Below, piece by piece: positions 9,115-19,546 of a DNA stretch of 64,000 nucleotides; positions within the stretch are counted from its first letter, which is position 1; every line of letters starts with the position of its first letter. This DNA comes from Porphyridium purpureum. Lineage: Eukaryota. The position numbers and the translations under genes are program-made. The notes under the pieces were generated by a model. It searched no databases. It saw only the letters and a program-made list of their open reading frames with translations, and was not told the DNA's origin. Location: positions 1,736,001-1,800,000 of the forward strand of contig VRMN01000004.1 of assembly GCA_008690995.1 (NCBI GenBank), written 5' to 3'.

Positions 9115-11681
9115 TTAATCCGCACTGGCACCTAAAAACACAAACGACGAAATGTCAGCTTTTTGCAGCGTCTCACCTGCAACGTCTGGTCCAAAGTGGA
9201 ACGCCACCGGGTCAGATTTCGTCGTGTATCCTAAAAGGATCCGACCTTGCGCGCGTGCTCGCACCTCGAGCTCCTTGTACGAAAGAGCATCAACGTCCTT
9301 CTCGTAGAAAAGTGACTTGGGCCCGAAGAGTTTAAAGTCAACGCCCTTGTCGCCGAGCAAATAGTCCCACACTGGCAGGATGTCGGGATTGTACGCGCCC
9401 TGCGCCAGCAGACATGAAGAAAAGTCGTCCAACGTGAGAACCGAAGCGTATGGCACTTCGGCACGTGCAAGCTCCTCGGTGGATTTGCTTTCAACCTCCA
9501 CAATCACCTTGGGAAGCTTTGCTGGCTTCTCGGCTGACAGCATCTCTCGATAGCACGCCTTGGTGGCGACCAGTGCCTCCAGCACAGCCGCCTCGCGCTC
9601 GTTAGCATTGTGCGCTCCGGACGCTTCGTCCAGCAGAACGATAATCGCGTCGCCCGAGTGCTCGTTAAATGATTTACCAGATCGGCGACGCCACTCAGAA
9701 ATGAGCGCAGGGTCGGCCATATCACCCTCCACAAAGTTGACGCGGATGTTGCGCAGCCGCAAGCGCGAGCCCGAGTCCGAGCGAAGCTCCAAGTTGCGCT
9801 CCGAAGCGGACTTGCGTGATACTACAGTCACCACCGAGCCCGGTTCGTAGAACACGTCCAGCTGTTGAAGCATCTCGCGCATTCCCGCACGCCAGCCCAG
9901 CACGAGAACATGGCGTGGTACCTTTTCGTCAACATTGCGCCGAAGCCGCTTTGCTAGCCGCTTGGGAATCTCCGGAATCGTCGTATCAGCCTCAGGCGTC
10001 ACGCGCACGCGCAGTTTGTTCTCTGCTAGCAAAAGTAGTGAATCAGACGCGTCTAGGACGGTGTCGGTTGGCGGCGGGTTGAGCAAGAGCTTCTCACATG
10101 CGTTTGTGGTACTATCGTGTTTGACAATGCCCAGTAAGCATGCACCCTGCACGCGCTTCGAGGCGTCGCCAAAGGTGGTTCCAGCCAGTTCCGGCTTCTT
10201 CATCATATACAGCTCGTAGCCCTCAAACGAGATCAGCTCGCCCAACAGCTCTGGCATGCCCTGCCCATTGGTCGCGCTTTGAACAATCTGCTTGGTCACC
10301 AAGTTCATCCAGTTGAGGCTCGTGACCTTCTCTCCCAAGTATGGAATGAGGTCGCTTGACTTTGGAACGAACGTCTCCATCATCGTGGGCGTATTGCCGC
10401 CCGTCAACCGCTTGATGGCAAGACCGGTCTTGAACACCAGATTATCGGCGACATTGGCAGGTACGTTCGAGTCGTACACCGAGCCTTGGCCTCGCTTTGA
10501 GGACAGGACCATGATCCGGGACGCCTTATCCACCCTGACAAGCTCAAGATCTTCATAATTAGATGGGTCACCCGAGCGGCAGATCACCTTGAGTCCTCCC
10601 TTCTTCTCGAACGCCTCGCTGACCGCCTGCTCCATGTCCTTCTTTTGAAGCGGAGCCAGGATCACGATCTTGCGGTGCTCGCGATTTGTCTGTGCTGAAA
10701 TGCGCATCTGCTCGAGCACACGCGGAACGGACGGGTTCCATCCCAGCACAAGTTGGTGATGATCTTCGTACACGGGAGTTCGCCCCGCTGCGAGCTCCTC
10801 CAGCTTGCCTTGAATGCCAGTCTCGACGATCGAAAGCAGGAATGCGAAGAAAAAGAGCTGGATGACAGTCAGCGCGAGCACAACGACCTTGGCCTTGGGA
10901 GGGTCTTCTGAAAAGTCTGGCTCGGCGCCCGAGATCGCCGCCCAGGCCATCCAGAACGACTTGTTCGTGTCGTAACCGGTCACACGCTCGTACGCGCGCG
11001 CGCCCACGTACGCCATCAGGAGGAACGAGCTCGCCAGCAGAAACGCCTTGAGCGCTGGATTCCACGTGAGCGCCTGCTCCAATGAGTAGCGGATCTGGCC
11101 CAGCGGAATGGGTGACTCGATCACGATTGGCTTGGGCACGTACTCCTGTTCCACGGCAGCGCTGGCGTTCGCAGAGGCCATCGCGACGAGTCGCCTTGGC
11201 GGCGCGCGCTCGTTGACACCCGCTTGAGCGTGTGCGTCGTGGTCGGCCGTGCTCGACTGAGCGCGTCTGCGCAGGCGAAGCCGCGCGCCCGAGCTCTCAG
11301 CCGCGCGACTCTGCTGCGCTGTCGGTCTGCTATTTGCGGTTGCCAGCGTCGGTGCTGCGTGCGACTCCTTTACGGGCAGCCCGCACAGCATCGGAATGAC
11401 TGCCAAAACTGCGGCTGCGCGTCTGAGCGTATCTTTCCATTCGCGCCTGTCTGCGCTCTGATCGACGGGTGGTGTGTTTCGCGCGGCGCACACCGGTGCC
11501 ACGATCGAGCGATCCTCATCCGCAGCACAGGCACGACGCCAGCAGCCCGCAGCGCTTGTCTTCCGCGCGCCGCCGCAGGCGCGCCATGCAGTCCCGCGTC
11601 AACGTGCGAGTTGGCACGCTTTGTCGCTACCGCGCCATCGCGGCGTGAGCCAGGCGGGAGCACAAAGCACCAAGCGGCCAT
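9115..11681 (-). CDS. CASTOR/POLLUX (DMI1)-like cation channel with RCK domains, probably plastid-targeted; 5' end out of frame
   Basis: TM helices followed by GRTPVYEDHHQLVLGWN, VICRSGDP, ELISFEGYELY and HVLVLGWR. The main ORF is 9115-11502. A transit-peptide-like start (MAAWCFV) at 11681 is in a different frame. Confidence 0.85.
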
Positions 11682-12558
11682 GATCCCGAGCGCCTGGGCA
11701 GGCGAGATCCGACGAGGCGGCGCGGAGATCCAAAGCGGTCAACACGGAACGATCGCACGCTGCGTGAATTCAGAGCGCCGCCATCCCGCACAACATCCAC
11801 ACCCACATCTGGTCCTCCACCCCCAACCGCACCCGCGCCAAACGCCCGCCAGTTCAAAAAATTGAAGCGCATATCAAAACGCGCCACTTTTAGTAGGAAG
11901 CTTTGGAGATCACGCGCGCGCGGCTGCCGCTGCAAGCACGCGCTGCCGCGTCTACTAAAACAGCCCCATTTCACGCATAAATGCACTGTACACTACGGCA
12001 CACTCGCACGCACCTGGACGCTCGCGCAACTGAACCTCGCAAGGTGTACACCTTGTAGTGTACAGTTTGAGTCTCGTAAGGATTGGAAACCTCGCTTCGA
12101 TGGACGCATTCCAACCTCCAAGCCAACAACCAGGTTGATCTAGTTTCTAAACGTACAACTTCACTTGTCCAACGCGTACTCCCTGCCGACAACCACCGCG
12201 GTCGCGCTCTGCGTTGTGCTGTACGCGCGGCGTGCAACGCAACGAATCGTGTCTCGCACGCTCTTGCCCGCCAGCCGACACTCGCAGTGAAGCGCTTCCC
12301 TTCTCGAGCCACACGCGCGTCATCAGTTACCGGTTTAACGGCTTAATGACCGCGCACATAAACCGTTAACCGACCCGGTACTGTTAGCGCATCTTAACAG
12401 TACACCCCGCGAGTTCCAAACGTGAACGAAGTACAGCAAACTGTACACTACCAGAATAAGGAAAGCCGGACAGGAACCCTAGAAGGTTGAGCTGCCGGAG
12501 CGAGGTTGTGAGCGCGCGTGTGTGTCGGGAGCGGTGGTGGTGTGCGCGGCCACGCAGG

Positions 12559-13635
12559 ATGTGGAGCGCGTGCGGGTTTGTGTCGTCGTTCTCGTGTGCG
12601 GGTGGTGCTGGAGCGGCGGCTGGAAGGGCATTGTCGCGCGGTGCGGCGGCAGCGGCGGCGGCGAGCGGGTTGAAGAGTTGGTGCGCCGCGAAGAGTGGGC
12701 GTGGCAGAGAAGTCGTGTCGTCCTCTGGCGCGAGAGTGGTGCGTGCGTCGGCGTCGAGCAGTATGGCGGCAAGCGTGGACGCGTTCAAGGTCGCGCTGTG
12801 CCAGGTGGCCGTCGGAGACGATAAGCAGAAGAACCTCGCGCATGCCAGGCAGATGCTGCGCTCCGCGAAGGAGCGCGGCGCCGAGCTGGCGGTGCTGCCA
12901 GAGTGCTTCAACTCGCCGTATGGCACGCAGTTCTTCCGTGAGTATGCAGAGACTTTGCCCGAGGTCGGCGAGGACGCGGGCGCGGCGCTCTCGCCCTCAG
13001 TGCAGATGCTGCTAGAGACCGCGCAGGAGACAGGCATGTACATTGTGGGCGGCTCCGTGCCGGAAATCACCCAGGACGGAAAGGTATACAACACGTCACT
13101 GAGCGTGTCGCCGCAAGGACAGCTCGTGGCCAAGCACCGCAAGGTGCACTTGTTTGATATTGATGTGCAGGGCGGGATCCGGTTCATGGAGTCCGACACG
13201 CTGTCACCGGGCCAGTGCATGACCACGTTTGATATGGCCAATGGCGTGCGCGTAGGCGTGAGCATCTGCTATGACATTCGCTTCCCTGAGCTCAGCATGC
13301 TCATGGCGGAGGCTGGTTGTCAGCTGCTGTGCTTCCCCGGCGCATTCAACATGACCACGGGCCCAGCGCATTGGGAACTCCTGGGGCGTGCGCGTGCGCT
13401 CGACAACCAGTTGTACGTGGCCATGTGCAGTCCTTGCCGCGACGTGCAGGCTTCGTACCACGCGTGGGGCCATTCGAGTCTGTTCAGCCCGTGGGGCGAG
13501 GTGCTGGCCACCACCGAGGAAAAGGAGGATATTGTTGTCGGCACGGTAGATCTCAAGCGGCTTGAGAGCGTCCGCAGCAGCATCCCGGTGCGCAAGCAGA
13601 AGCGGTCGGACCTCTACAGGCTCACCAAGTTATAA
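12559..13635 (+). CDS. NIT2: Omega-amidase NIT2 (nitrilase family) with organellar transit peptide
   Basis: Catalytic E-K-C motifs LPECFNSPYG, HRKVHLFDID and ICYDIRFPE, plus PGAFNMTTGPAHWELL. ATG at 12559 (MWSACGFV). Confidence 0.95.
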   Translation: MWSACGFVSSFSCAGGAGAAAGRALSRGAAAAAAASGLKSWCAAKSGRGREVVSSSGARVVRASASSSMAASVDAFKVALCQVAVGDDKQKNLAHARQMLRSAKERGAELAVLPECFNSPYGTQFFREYAETLPEVGEDAGAALSPSVQMLLETAQETGMYIVGGSVPEITQDGKVYNTSLSVSPQGQLVAKHRKVHLFDIDVQGGIRFMESDTLSPGQCMTTFDMANGVRVGVSICYDIRFPELSMLMAEAGCQLLCFPGAFNMTTGPAHWELLGRARALDNQLYVAMCSPCRDVQASYHAWGHSSLFSPWGEVLATTEEKEDIVVGTVDLKRLESVRSSIPVRKQKRSDLYRLTKL

Positions 13636-14050
13636 GCCGGCCAGATCGCGCCAATCGTCGCCCTTTCAAGGGGGTAAGGAGCATTTCACAGATAGGGGAG
13701 GAGAGAAGCCGAGACTTTCATTAAAGAGATTCATAGACGCTTACGCATGCACATATACGACACAGACATGACGGCTTTCCTAGTACCTCTACGTCATACT
13801 TGGAGCACCACTTAACAAGCAGAGTCCGACGCTGTGCGCGCCGGGCACTACCCACATCGGGAGCTTTACGTGCTCATGTTCGGTTACTATTAGACCGCAG
13901 CGGTTGCGGGCGCGCGCGCTTCGGGCACAGCCAAAAGAGAAGCGCGCGCCTGAATGACTATGTGTGAATCCCCTTGCCTACCTAAAAAAACAAAATAATA
14001 CCGACGCTGCTTCTGGAGTTCGTACTTGTCAGACGTTGAATACAAAAGAG

Positions 14051-14305
14051 TTACATCTTCTTTCTGAATGAACAACCCTCCGTGAGTTTCACCTTGCCGC
14101 CCGTGGGAGTGCACACGACTTGTGAGCAGCCCCCGCAGACCACGACGGTTTGCGCGTGGCTAAAGACCATGGTGATGGTGTAGCAGCCCGGGCACTTGAC
14201 GTCCAGGAAGCACGAGTTGGGCGTTTGTACGAGCCGCTTGAGCTTGTACTTGCGCGCCTCGGCCTTTGGGTCTGGGTACAACAGATCGGTTTCCAGCGCC
14301 GGCAT
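14051..14305 (-). CDS. RPS27: 40S ribosomal protein S27 (eS27)
   Basis: [20 protein letters not shown]...[14 protein letters not shown]...[15 protein letters not shown]. Confidence 0.98.
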   Translation of the reverse strand: MPALETDLLYPDPKAEARKYKLKRLVQTPNSCFLDVKCPGCYTITMVFSHAQTVVVCGGCSQVVCTPTGGKVKLTEGCSFRKKM

Positions 14306-14865
14306 GATGAAGCAATCCCTCGAGCACAACAGTAAGCCACCCCTTCAAGCTCCTCTCACAGCTTCCACAACCCACGAAAAGCGCGCGCGCGTATGGGACC
14401 CCCAACAAACCACTGAACAATACCAAACACTACAGCGGCTTCAAATCGCAACACGAATCACCACCCGCCCTTCCCTTTCCCCTGTCCCACTCTATGTCTC
14501 TCTACCCCTCTCTCTCTCTCCCTCTTTCTGTCCTCTACTGCCTCGCCACATACCCTCCGTCGCCTTGTTTTCCCCCAACGCCGCCGCGATCACTGCCCGC
14601 ACGCACAGTACACACTCCATAGCCAAACGCGGCCAGTTTGCTATCCGCGCCCGCTCGCGCTCGACGCCCACACACAAAATCCGCCGCGGCGCTAGCAAAA
14701 CGCCACGCGCAGCGCCGCCCCGCGTCATCGGCGCCGCCGAACGCGCGCGCCTATCAAACTGGCCCGCGTTGCTACCAAGTCAGCCTTGAGCCCGCATCCT
14801 GTTCAGACTAGGGTTTGCGCGCACCGCCGCGCCGGCTGGTTACCGCAAGGGTTCAGTCCATCCCA

Positions 14866-14998
14866 GTACAGTGTGTACTGCGACGCCACTTCAAATTGGT
14901 ACAGTGGGTGTACATTGGGTGTACAGTTGGCGATAACGGTTAACAGCGGTGTTTGCGGTACAGTGATACGTACAGTATTATGTACAGTGGTGTACAGT
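14866..14998 (+). promoter_or_regulatory. Cluster of seven GTACAGT motifs in the RPS27/RPN3 divergent promoter
   Basis: Exact GTACAGT at 14866, 14899, 14921, 14958, 14970, 14982 and 14992, immediately before a purine-rich leader. Confidence 0.6.
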
Positions 14999-15104
14999 GG
15001 TGGGTGCTGGCAGGGGTTGTGAAAAGGAGGGAAGAGGGGAAGAGGAGGGAGGGGAGGGGATGGAGTGGCGTTGATGTTGTGTGTGGGGAGGGAGGAGAGG
15101 TAGG

Positions 15105-16718
15105 ATGGACTCGTCGCTGCGCAGGCAGGTGCATGCGCTGGAGAAGGCCGTGGGCGTGCGTGATCTGCGCGGCGTCGCGCGCCTCGTGCGCCACCACAAC
15201 CGCGTCCGGATCGAGGTGACCAAGCCGCAGCTGCTGGACGTGCTGCGCGAGGCGCTCGGCGAGGCGGCGCCAGATGGCAAGGTGCTGATCGACGCCGTCG
15301 TCCGCTACATGCCGGACGGGTGGGAGCACCCGCTTATGACCAAGCGGCTGCTTCAGCTCAAGGAGGAGGAGGAGGCCGCCGCCGCCGCCACGGCACGAGC
15401 CGCGGCCGCGGAGAAGGACGGCGCCGATGCAGGCGACATGGAAGTGACCAAGGCGGAAGAAGAGGGTGAGGCTGCGGCGGGAAAGACACAGGCGGGCGCC
15501 GAAGGATCTGCTCGGGACATGCCTGCTGGATCTGCCCGTGCCGAAACGGCGGCCTCCGAGGTGCCCACGCTGCACGCCAGCGGCCAGTTGCCCGAAATCG
15601 TGGCTTATCTGCAGCTGGTTGTGATTGTGCTGCTCGTGGACGCCAAGCAGTACGAGGCCGCGTCGCAAATATCGTCCGGCATTTTGACTCACCTGATCGA
15701 CACAAATGTGCGCTCGCTCGATGAAATTCGGTCGCGCATCTTCTTCTACCACGCACGGGCTTATGAAATGCTGTCGCGATCCAAGCTGATTCGGTCGCAG
15801 CTGCTCGAGGCGTATCGGGCGGCCGTGCTCCAGCGTGATCACAGCGGCCAGGCAATGCTGCTCAACCTGCTCCTGCGCTCGTACTTGGAGGCAAATCTGC
15901 ACGACCAGGCAGACAAGCTCGTGTCGCAGACACACTTTCCGGAGACACGCTCCAACAACCAACTGGCGCGACACTTATACTACTTGGGTCGTATTCGCGC
16001 GGTGCAGCTGGACTACTCAGAGGCGCTCCGATGCCTTCAGGAGGCTCTGCGCAAGGCGCCGCAGAGCGCCGCGATTGGCTTTCGGACGGCCGTGCAGAAG
16101 ATGCTCGTGATCGTGTCGCTGCTGACGGGCGAGATCCCAGATCGCGACGTGTTCCGAGAGGCAAGCATGCGGCGCGCGCTGGTTCCTTATCTGGAGTTGA
16201 CGCGCGCGGTCCGCGCCGGCAGTCTTGACGAGTTTCAGCTGGTGGTGCAGGCGCGCGGCGCGCTGTTTATGCGGGACGGCCTCTCAAACCTCATCACACG
16301 GTTGCGGCAGAACGTGATCAAGACGGGGCTGCGCAAGATTAATCTTTGCTACTCGAAAATTTCTATCAGCGACATTTGCACACGGCTGCGACTCGAGTCA
16401 TCGGAGGACGCCGAGCTGATCATTGCCAAAGCGGTGCGCGATGGCGTCATTGACGCCACCATCGATCATACGGCTGGCGTGGTCTCGTCCAACGAGCTTT
16501 TGGACGTGTACACCACGATTGAGCCGTCCAACGCCTTTCACAAACGCATCGCGTTTTGTCTGAAGATTCACAATGACGCTGTGCGCGCCATGCGCTTCCC
16601 AGACCCGTTCGAAGATGCCGAATCGGCAGAGGCGCGCCAGAAGCGGCTCAAGGAAGAGCAAGAGCTTGCGTTCACGTTTGCTGAAGACGACGACGACGAT
16701 GATGATGACGAGTTTTAA
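15105..16718 (+). CDS. RPN3: 26S proteasome lid subunit RPN3/PSMD3
   Basis: LLNLLLRSYL, SNNQLARHLYYLGRIRAVQLDY, RLRQNVIKTGLRKI (PCI domain), FHKRIAFCL..HNDAVRAMRFP and an acidic tail. Confidence 0.97.
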   Translation: MDSSLRRQVHALEKAVGVRDLRGVARLVRHHNRVRIEVTKPQLLDVLREALGEAAPDGKVLIDAVVRYMPDGWEHPLMTKRLLQLKEEEEAAAAATARAAAAEKDGADAGDMEVTKAEEEGEAAAGKTQAGAEGSARDMPAGSARAETAASEVPTLHASGQLPEIVAYLQLVVIVLLVDAKQYEAASQISSGILTHLIDTNVRSLDEIRSRIFFYHARAYEMLSRSKLIRSQLLEAYRAAVLQRDHSGQAMLLNLLLRSYLEANLHDQADKLVSQTHFPETRSNNQLARHLYYLGRIRAVQLDYSEALRCLQEALRKAPQSAAIGFRTAVQKMLVIVSLLTGEIPDRDVFREASMRRALVPYLELTRAVRAGSLDEFQLVVQARGALFMRDGLSNLITRLRQNVIKTGLRKINLCYSKISISDICTRLRLESSEDAELIIAKAVRDGVIDATIDHTAGVVSSNELLDVYTTIEPSNAFHKRIAFCLKIHNDAVRAMRFPDPFEDAESAEARQKRLKEEQELAFTFAEDDDDDDDDEF

Positions 16719-18009
16719 CACCGTCTCACGGGTCGGTTGGATTCTAAACGTACCTGGATCATCAGATCGCACCAGGCGTAGGGGGTGGGGGGTAACTGGG
16801 ATAATAAAACCAGACAGAACGCGATTAGCTCAATCCTTGTACTGCTGCATGGTCAAACCGGAACGGCTCTGTTCTGTACAAAGCACGAGACTGCAGGCTC
16901 AGAAAGCCAATCTTGATGAAGATACCGACTCTCGCGGACCTGGGGCAGAATGGTCCGTGAGTGGGTTGAAAATAAGAAGGTGGGCAAAGCACCTCGCCGC
17001 TGGCTTTCGTATATGGGCGAAAGGCCAATTGGAGCAAAAGAGAAAAGTCCCATTCATGCACGGGCCAAAAGGTAACACCCTGCAGAGGTGCGTTCCTGTC
17101 GTGCAAGTACCGAACGGGCCAGTCGCATGTTTGTCAAGGCCGTTGAAAAGCGCTTGGCGACATCTTTCTCCGTGTTCTGAAACTGTGGACACGAGCTGCT
17201 TCATCAAGAGCACAAAGAAATGCTGCAAGTCGCTATCCTGGTGGCTCGCGTACTTGATGTTGTCGAATTTGAGATTCCGCACCACAAGCTTAGCGCGAGC
17301 TTGTCACTTCGAGGTCGCATTGTGATTAGCGCTCGCGCAATCGCAAAATGCATATGCATGTGGACAATTTCACCGACACTGTTAGACCTCCGTGGGTACC
17401 TGCCGCGTGCGAATCTCACGCGATAGCCGTCAGCCCCCCGTCATGGTGCGAGCTCGTACTCCTCGCGGCGCGCGCACCTCGTGACCATGTGAAGTTGTTG
17501 GGATGCTGCATCCGGGAAAGAAAGATGCAGAACAAGCTGCTCAATAGCTCAGGCGCGCGCACTTGAGAAGCGTCTCTGCACACTGGGCGTCGAAGCGGAA
17601 ACCTGACGCGGAAATGGCGTGTCCTCCGTCCCGCACTGTGATGCAGTGCCTGCTCATGTCAGAAGATGTCTGTATATATCTTTGTCACTGAGCTGAAGGA
17701 CCACACAGAGACCATGACTTGGATTTCGGGAGACCGAGAACACATGTCCCAGACCGACTCCAATAAAGGATAGTGAACAAGGTTGCGAACTAAACATTCA
17801 CATTGCCCTGGTTGTCGCTGCTGGTGCGTTCATGGCGCATTGCCGAGCTTGCTCAATCAATCTCCAGGCCCACAGCCACTCAAGGCATCGACTCCTCGGA
17901 CGTCCAACGGTTCCACTTTGGCCAATTTGGCTACTCGCGCATCGCTCAAGAATGCTGGTCACCAAAAACATTTCTTGCATTGCAGTATACCAGAGTCAGC
18001 AGCGGCGAC

Positions 18010-19011
18010 ATGGCATTTGTTTCGGTCCGTGTTCCAGTGGCAGCCCCGCCATTGAGCCCTTCCGTTGCGGCAGGCGCAGGTGTTGCGCAAGCTGCGTGTG
18101 CGCATGAACCGGCGTACCTCTCATGGCGAAGCCGATCCAAAGCTCGTGCACATGCGCGAGGATTCGGAAATGGATGCAGCGAGCGCAGTGGTCGGGGATC
18201 GAACCGTTTTGTGCTGAGCGCGATCGCGTCGAGCGCAGATTACCTTGCTCGGCACGATCTGTCTGGCCGTACAGCGGTGGTCACAGGCGGGAACCGTGGG
18301 ATCGGCGCGGCAATCTCGCACGCGCTAGCGGCTCACGGCGCAGACGTGCTCATTGTTGCACGAGACGAGGCGTCATCTCTGGAAGTGCTTCGCGAGCTGC
18401 GCGAAACGCACGGCGTGCAAGGCGCGTTTGTGGCTTGCGACCTGAGTGACGCCGCGTCTGTCGCACGAGTGACGCCGCAGTGCGTTGCGGCGTCACCGTC
18501 GACGCTCAACATACTTGTGAACAATGCAGGCGTGGCGCTGCTGGCACCTCTTCGCGATGCAAGCGTGGTCGATTGGGACACGACCATGGCCGTCAATCTG
18601 CGCGCGCCGTACATTTTGGCGCAGCACCTGGCCACGCACATGATGGATGCCGGAACTGCGGGCGCGATTGTAAATGTGTCGTCAGCGGCTGGCAAGGGCG
18701 CGCTCCACGAGCACGGCGCGTATTGCACGTCCAAGGCGGCTCTCAACATGCTCACCAAGGTGATGGCTCTCGAATGGGGCCCGAGTGGTGTGCGCACCAA
18801 TGCCGTGTGCCCTACGGTCATTCTCACTGACATGGGCCAAAAGGTGTGGGGTCCGACAGAGAAGGCCGCACCAATGCTAGCACGCATTCCGCTCGGCAGG
18901 TTTGGCCAACCGTACGAGGTGGGTGACCTCGTCGCGTACCTTTGCTCGGACGCTGCGAGTCTCATCAACGGTCAGCTGATTTCTGCAGATGGCGGCTTCT
19001 CGGTGCAGTAG
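18010..19011 (+). CDS. Short-chain dehydrogenase/reductase (L-xylulose/erythrulose reductase-like) with plastid transit peptide
   Basis: TGGNRGIG, LVNNAG, YCTSK and VCPTVILTDMG. MAFV start at 18010. Confidence 0.9.
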   Translation: MAFVSVRVPVAAPPLSPSVAAGAGVAQAACAHEPAYLSWRSRSKARAHARGFGNGCSERSGRGSNRFVLSAIASSADYLARHDLSGRTAVVTGGNRGIGAAISHALAAHGADVLIVARDEASSLEVLRELRETHGVQGAFVACDLSDAASVARVTPQCVAASPSTLNILVNNAGVALLAPLRDASVVDWDTTMAVNLRAPYILAQHLATHMMDAGTAGAIVNVSSAAGKGALHEHGAYCTSKAALNMLTKVMALEWGPSGVRTNAVCPTVILTDMGQKVWGPTEKAAPMLARIPLGRFGQPYEVGDLVAYLCSDAASLINGQLISADGGFSVQ

Positions 19012-19186
19012 CCAAAAGAAGGCGTGAGCCACGGAGCCACGTACCTTGGTACTAGTAAATAGACGGTGTCATGCTCATAAACCTCCTGCTGATGCTCCGT
19101 TTCTGCGTCCGAAAGCGAATGATCCTCAAGAAAGACGAAATCAGCAGGCGCGGAAAAAGGAAGGAAAGGAAAAGAAGAGACAAAAG

Positions 19187-19205
19187 TATATATATATATA
19201 TATAT
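19187..19205. repeat. (TA)n microsatellite
   Basis: Run of TA dinucleotides in the intergenic region between convergent genes. Confidence 0.85.
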
Positions 19206-19546
19206 GTAATCTGTGCGTACCAGGAAACGCGCTCGCTGGTATCAAAATCGCCTCGCAATCAGCGCGGCGCCAAGGATTGCAAGCTCTAGCTCGTGTGGCC
19301 ATTCAGGTCGCGATACGTGTGCACGCGGGTGTTTTCACATAGATTTTTCTCCACATTGATGATGGAGCTTCCAGGCTCGCGCAAAGAGTGCCGAGGCCCG
19401 ATTCTTTGCCTTGCACGATAAGAGCACCTGGCGCGAAACCGCAAGCTTTTGAGATTATTTGAGAATACTAGCTGCTCATCTCCTGCACAAAGCCCGTGTC
19501 GAGGTGCTTCGCAAAGTGCCCTTCTACCGGGCGACGTCGCTTGGCC

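Noticed and set aside
14940..15974. 344-aa antisense ORF and similar long shadow ORFs opposite NIT2, RPL4 and the Nei gene
   Set aside because: Expected from GC-rich codon bias on the coding strand, and no motifs are present.
16573..17600. ORFs between RPN3 and the SDR
   Set aside because: No recognisable domain. Cannot be distinguished from intergenic or decayed sequence.
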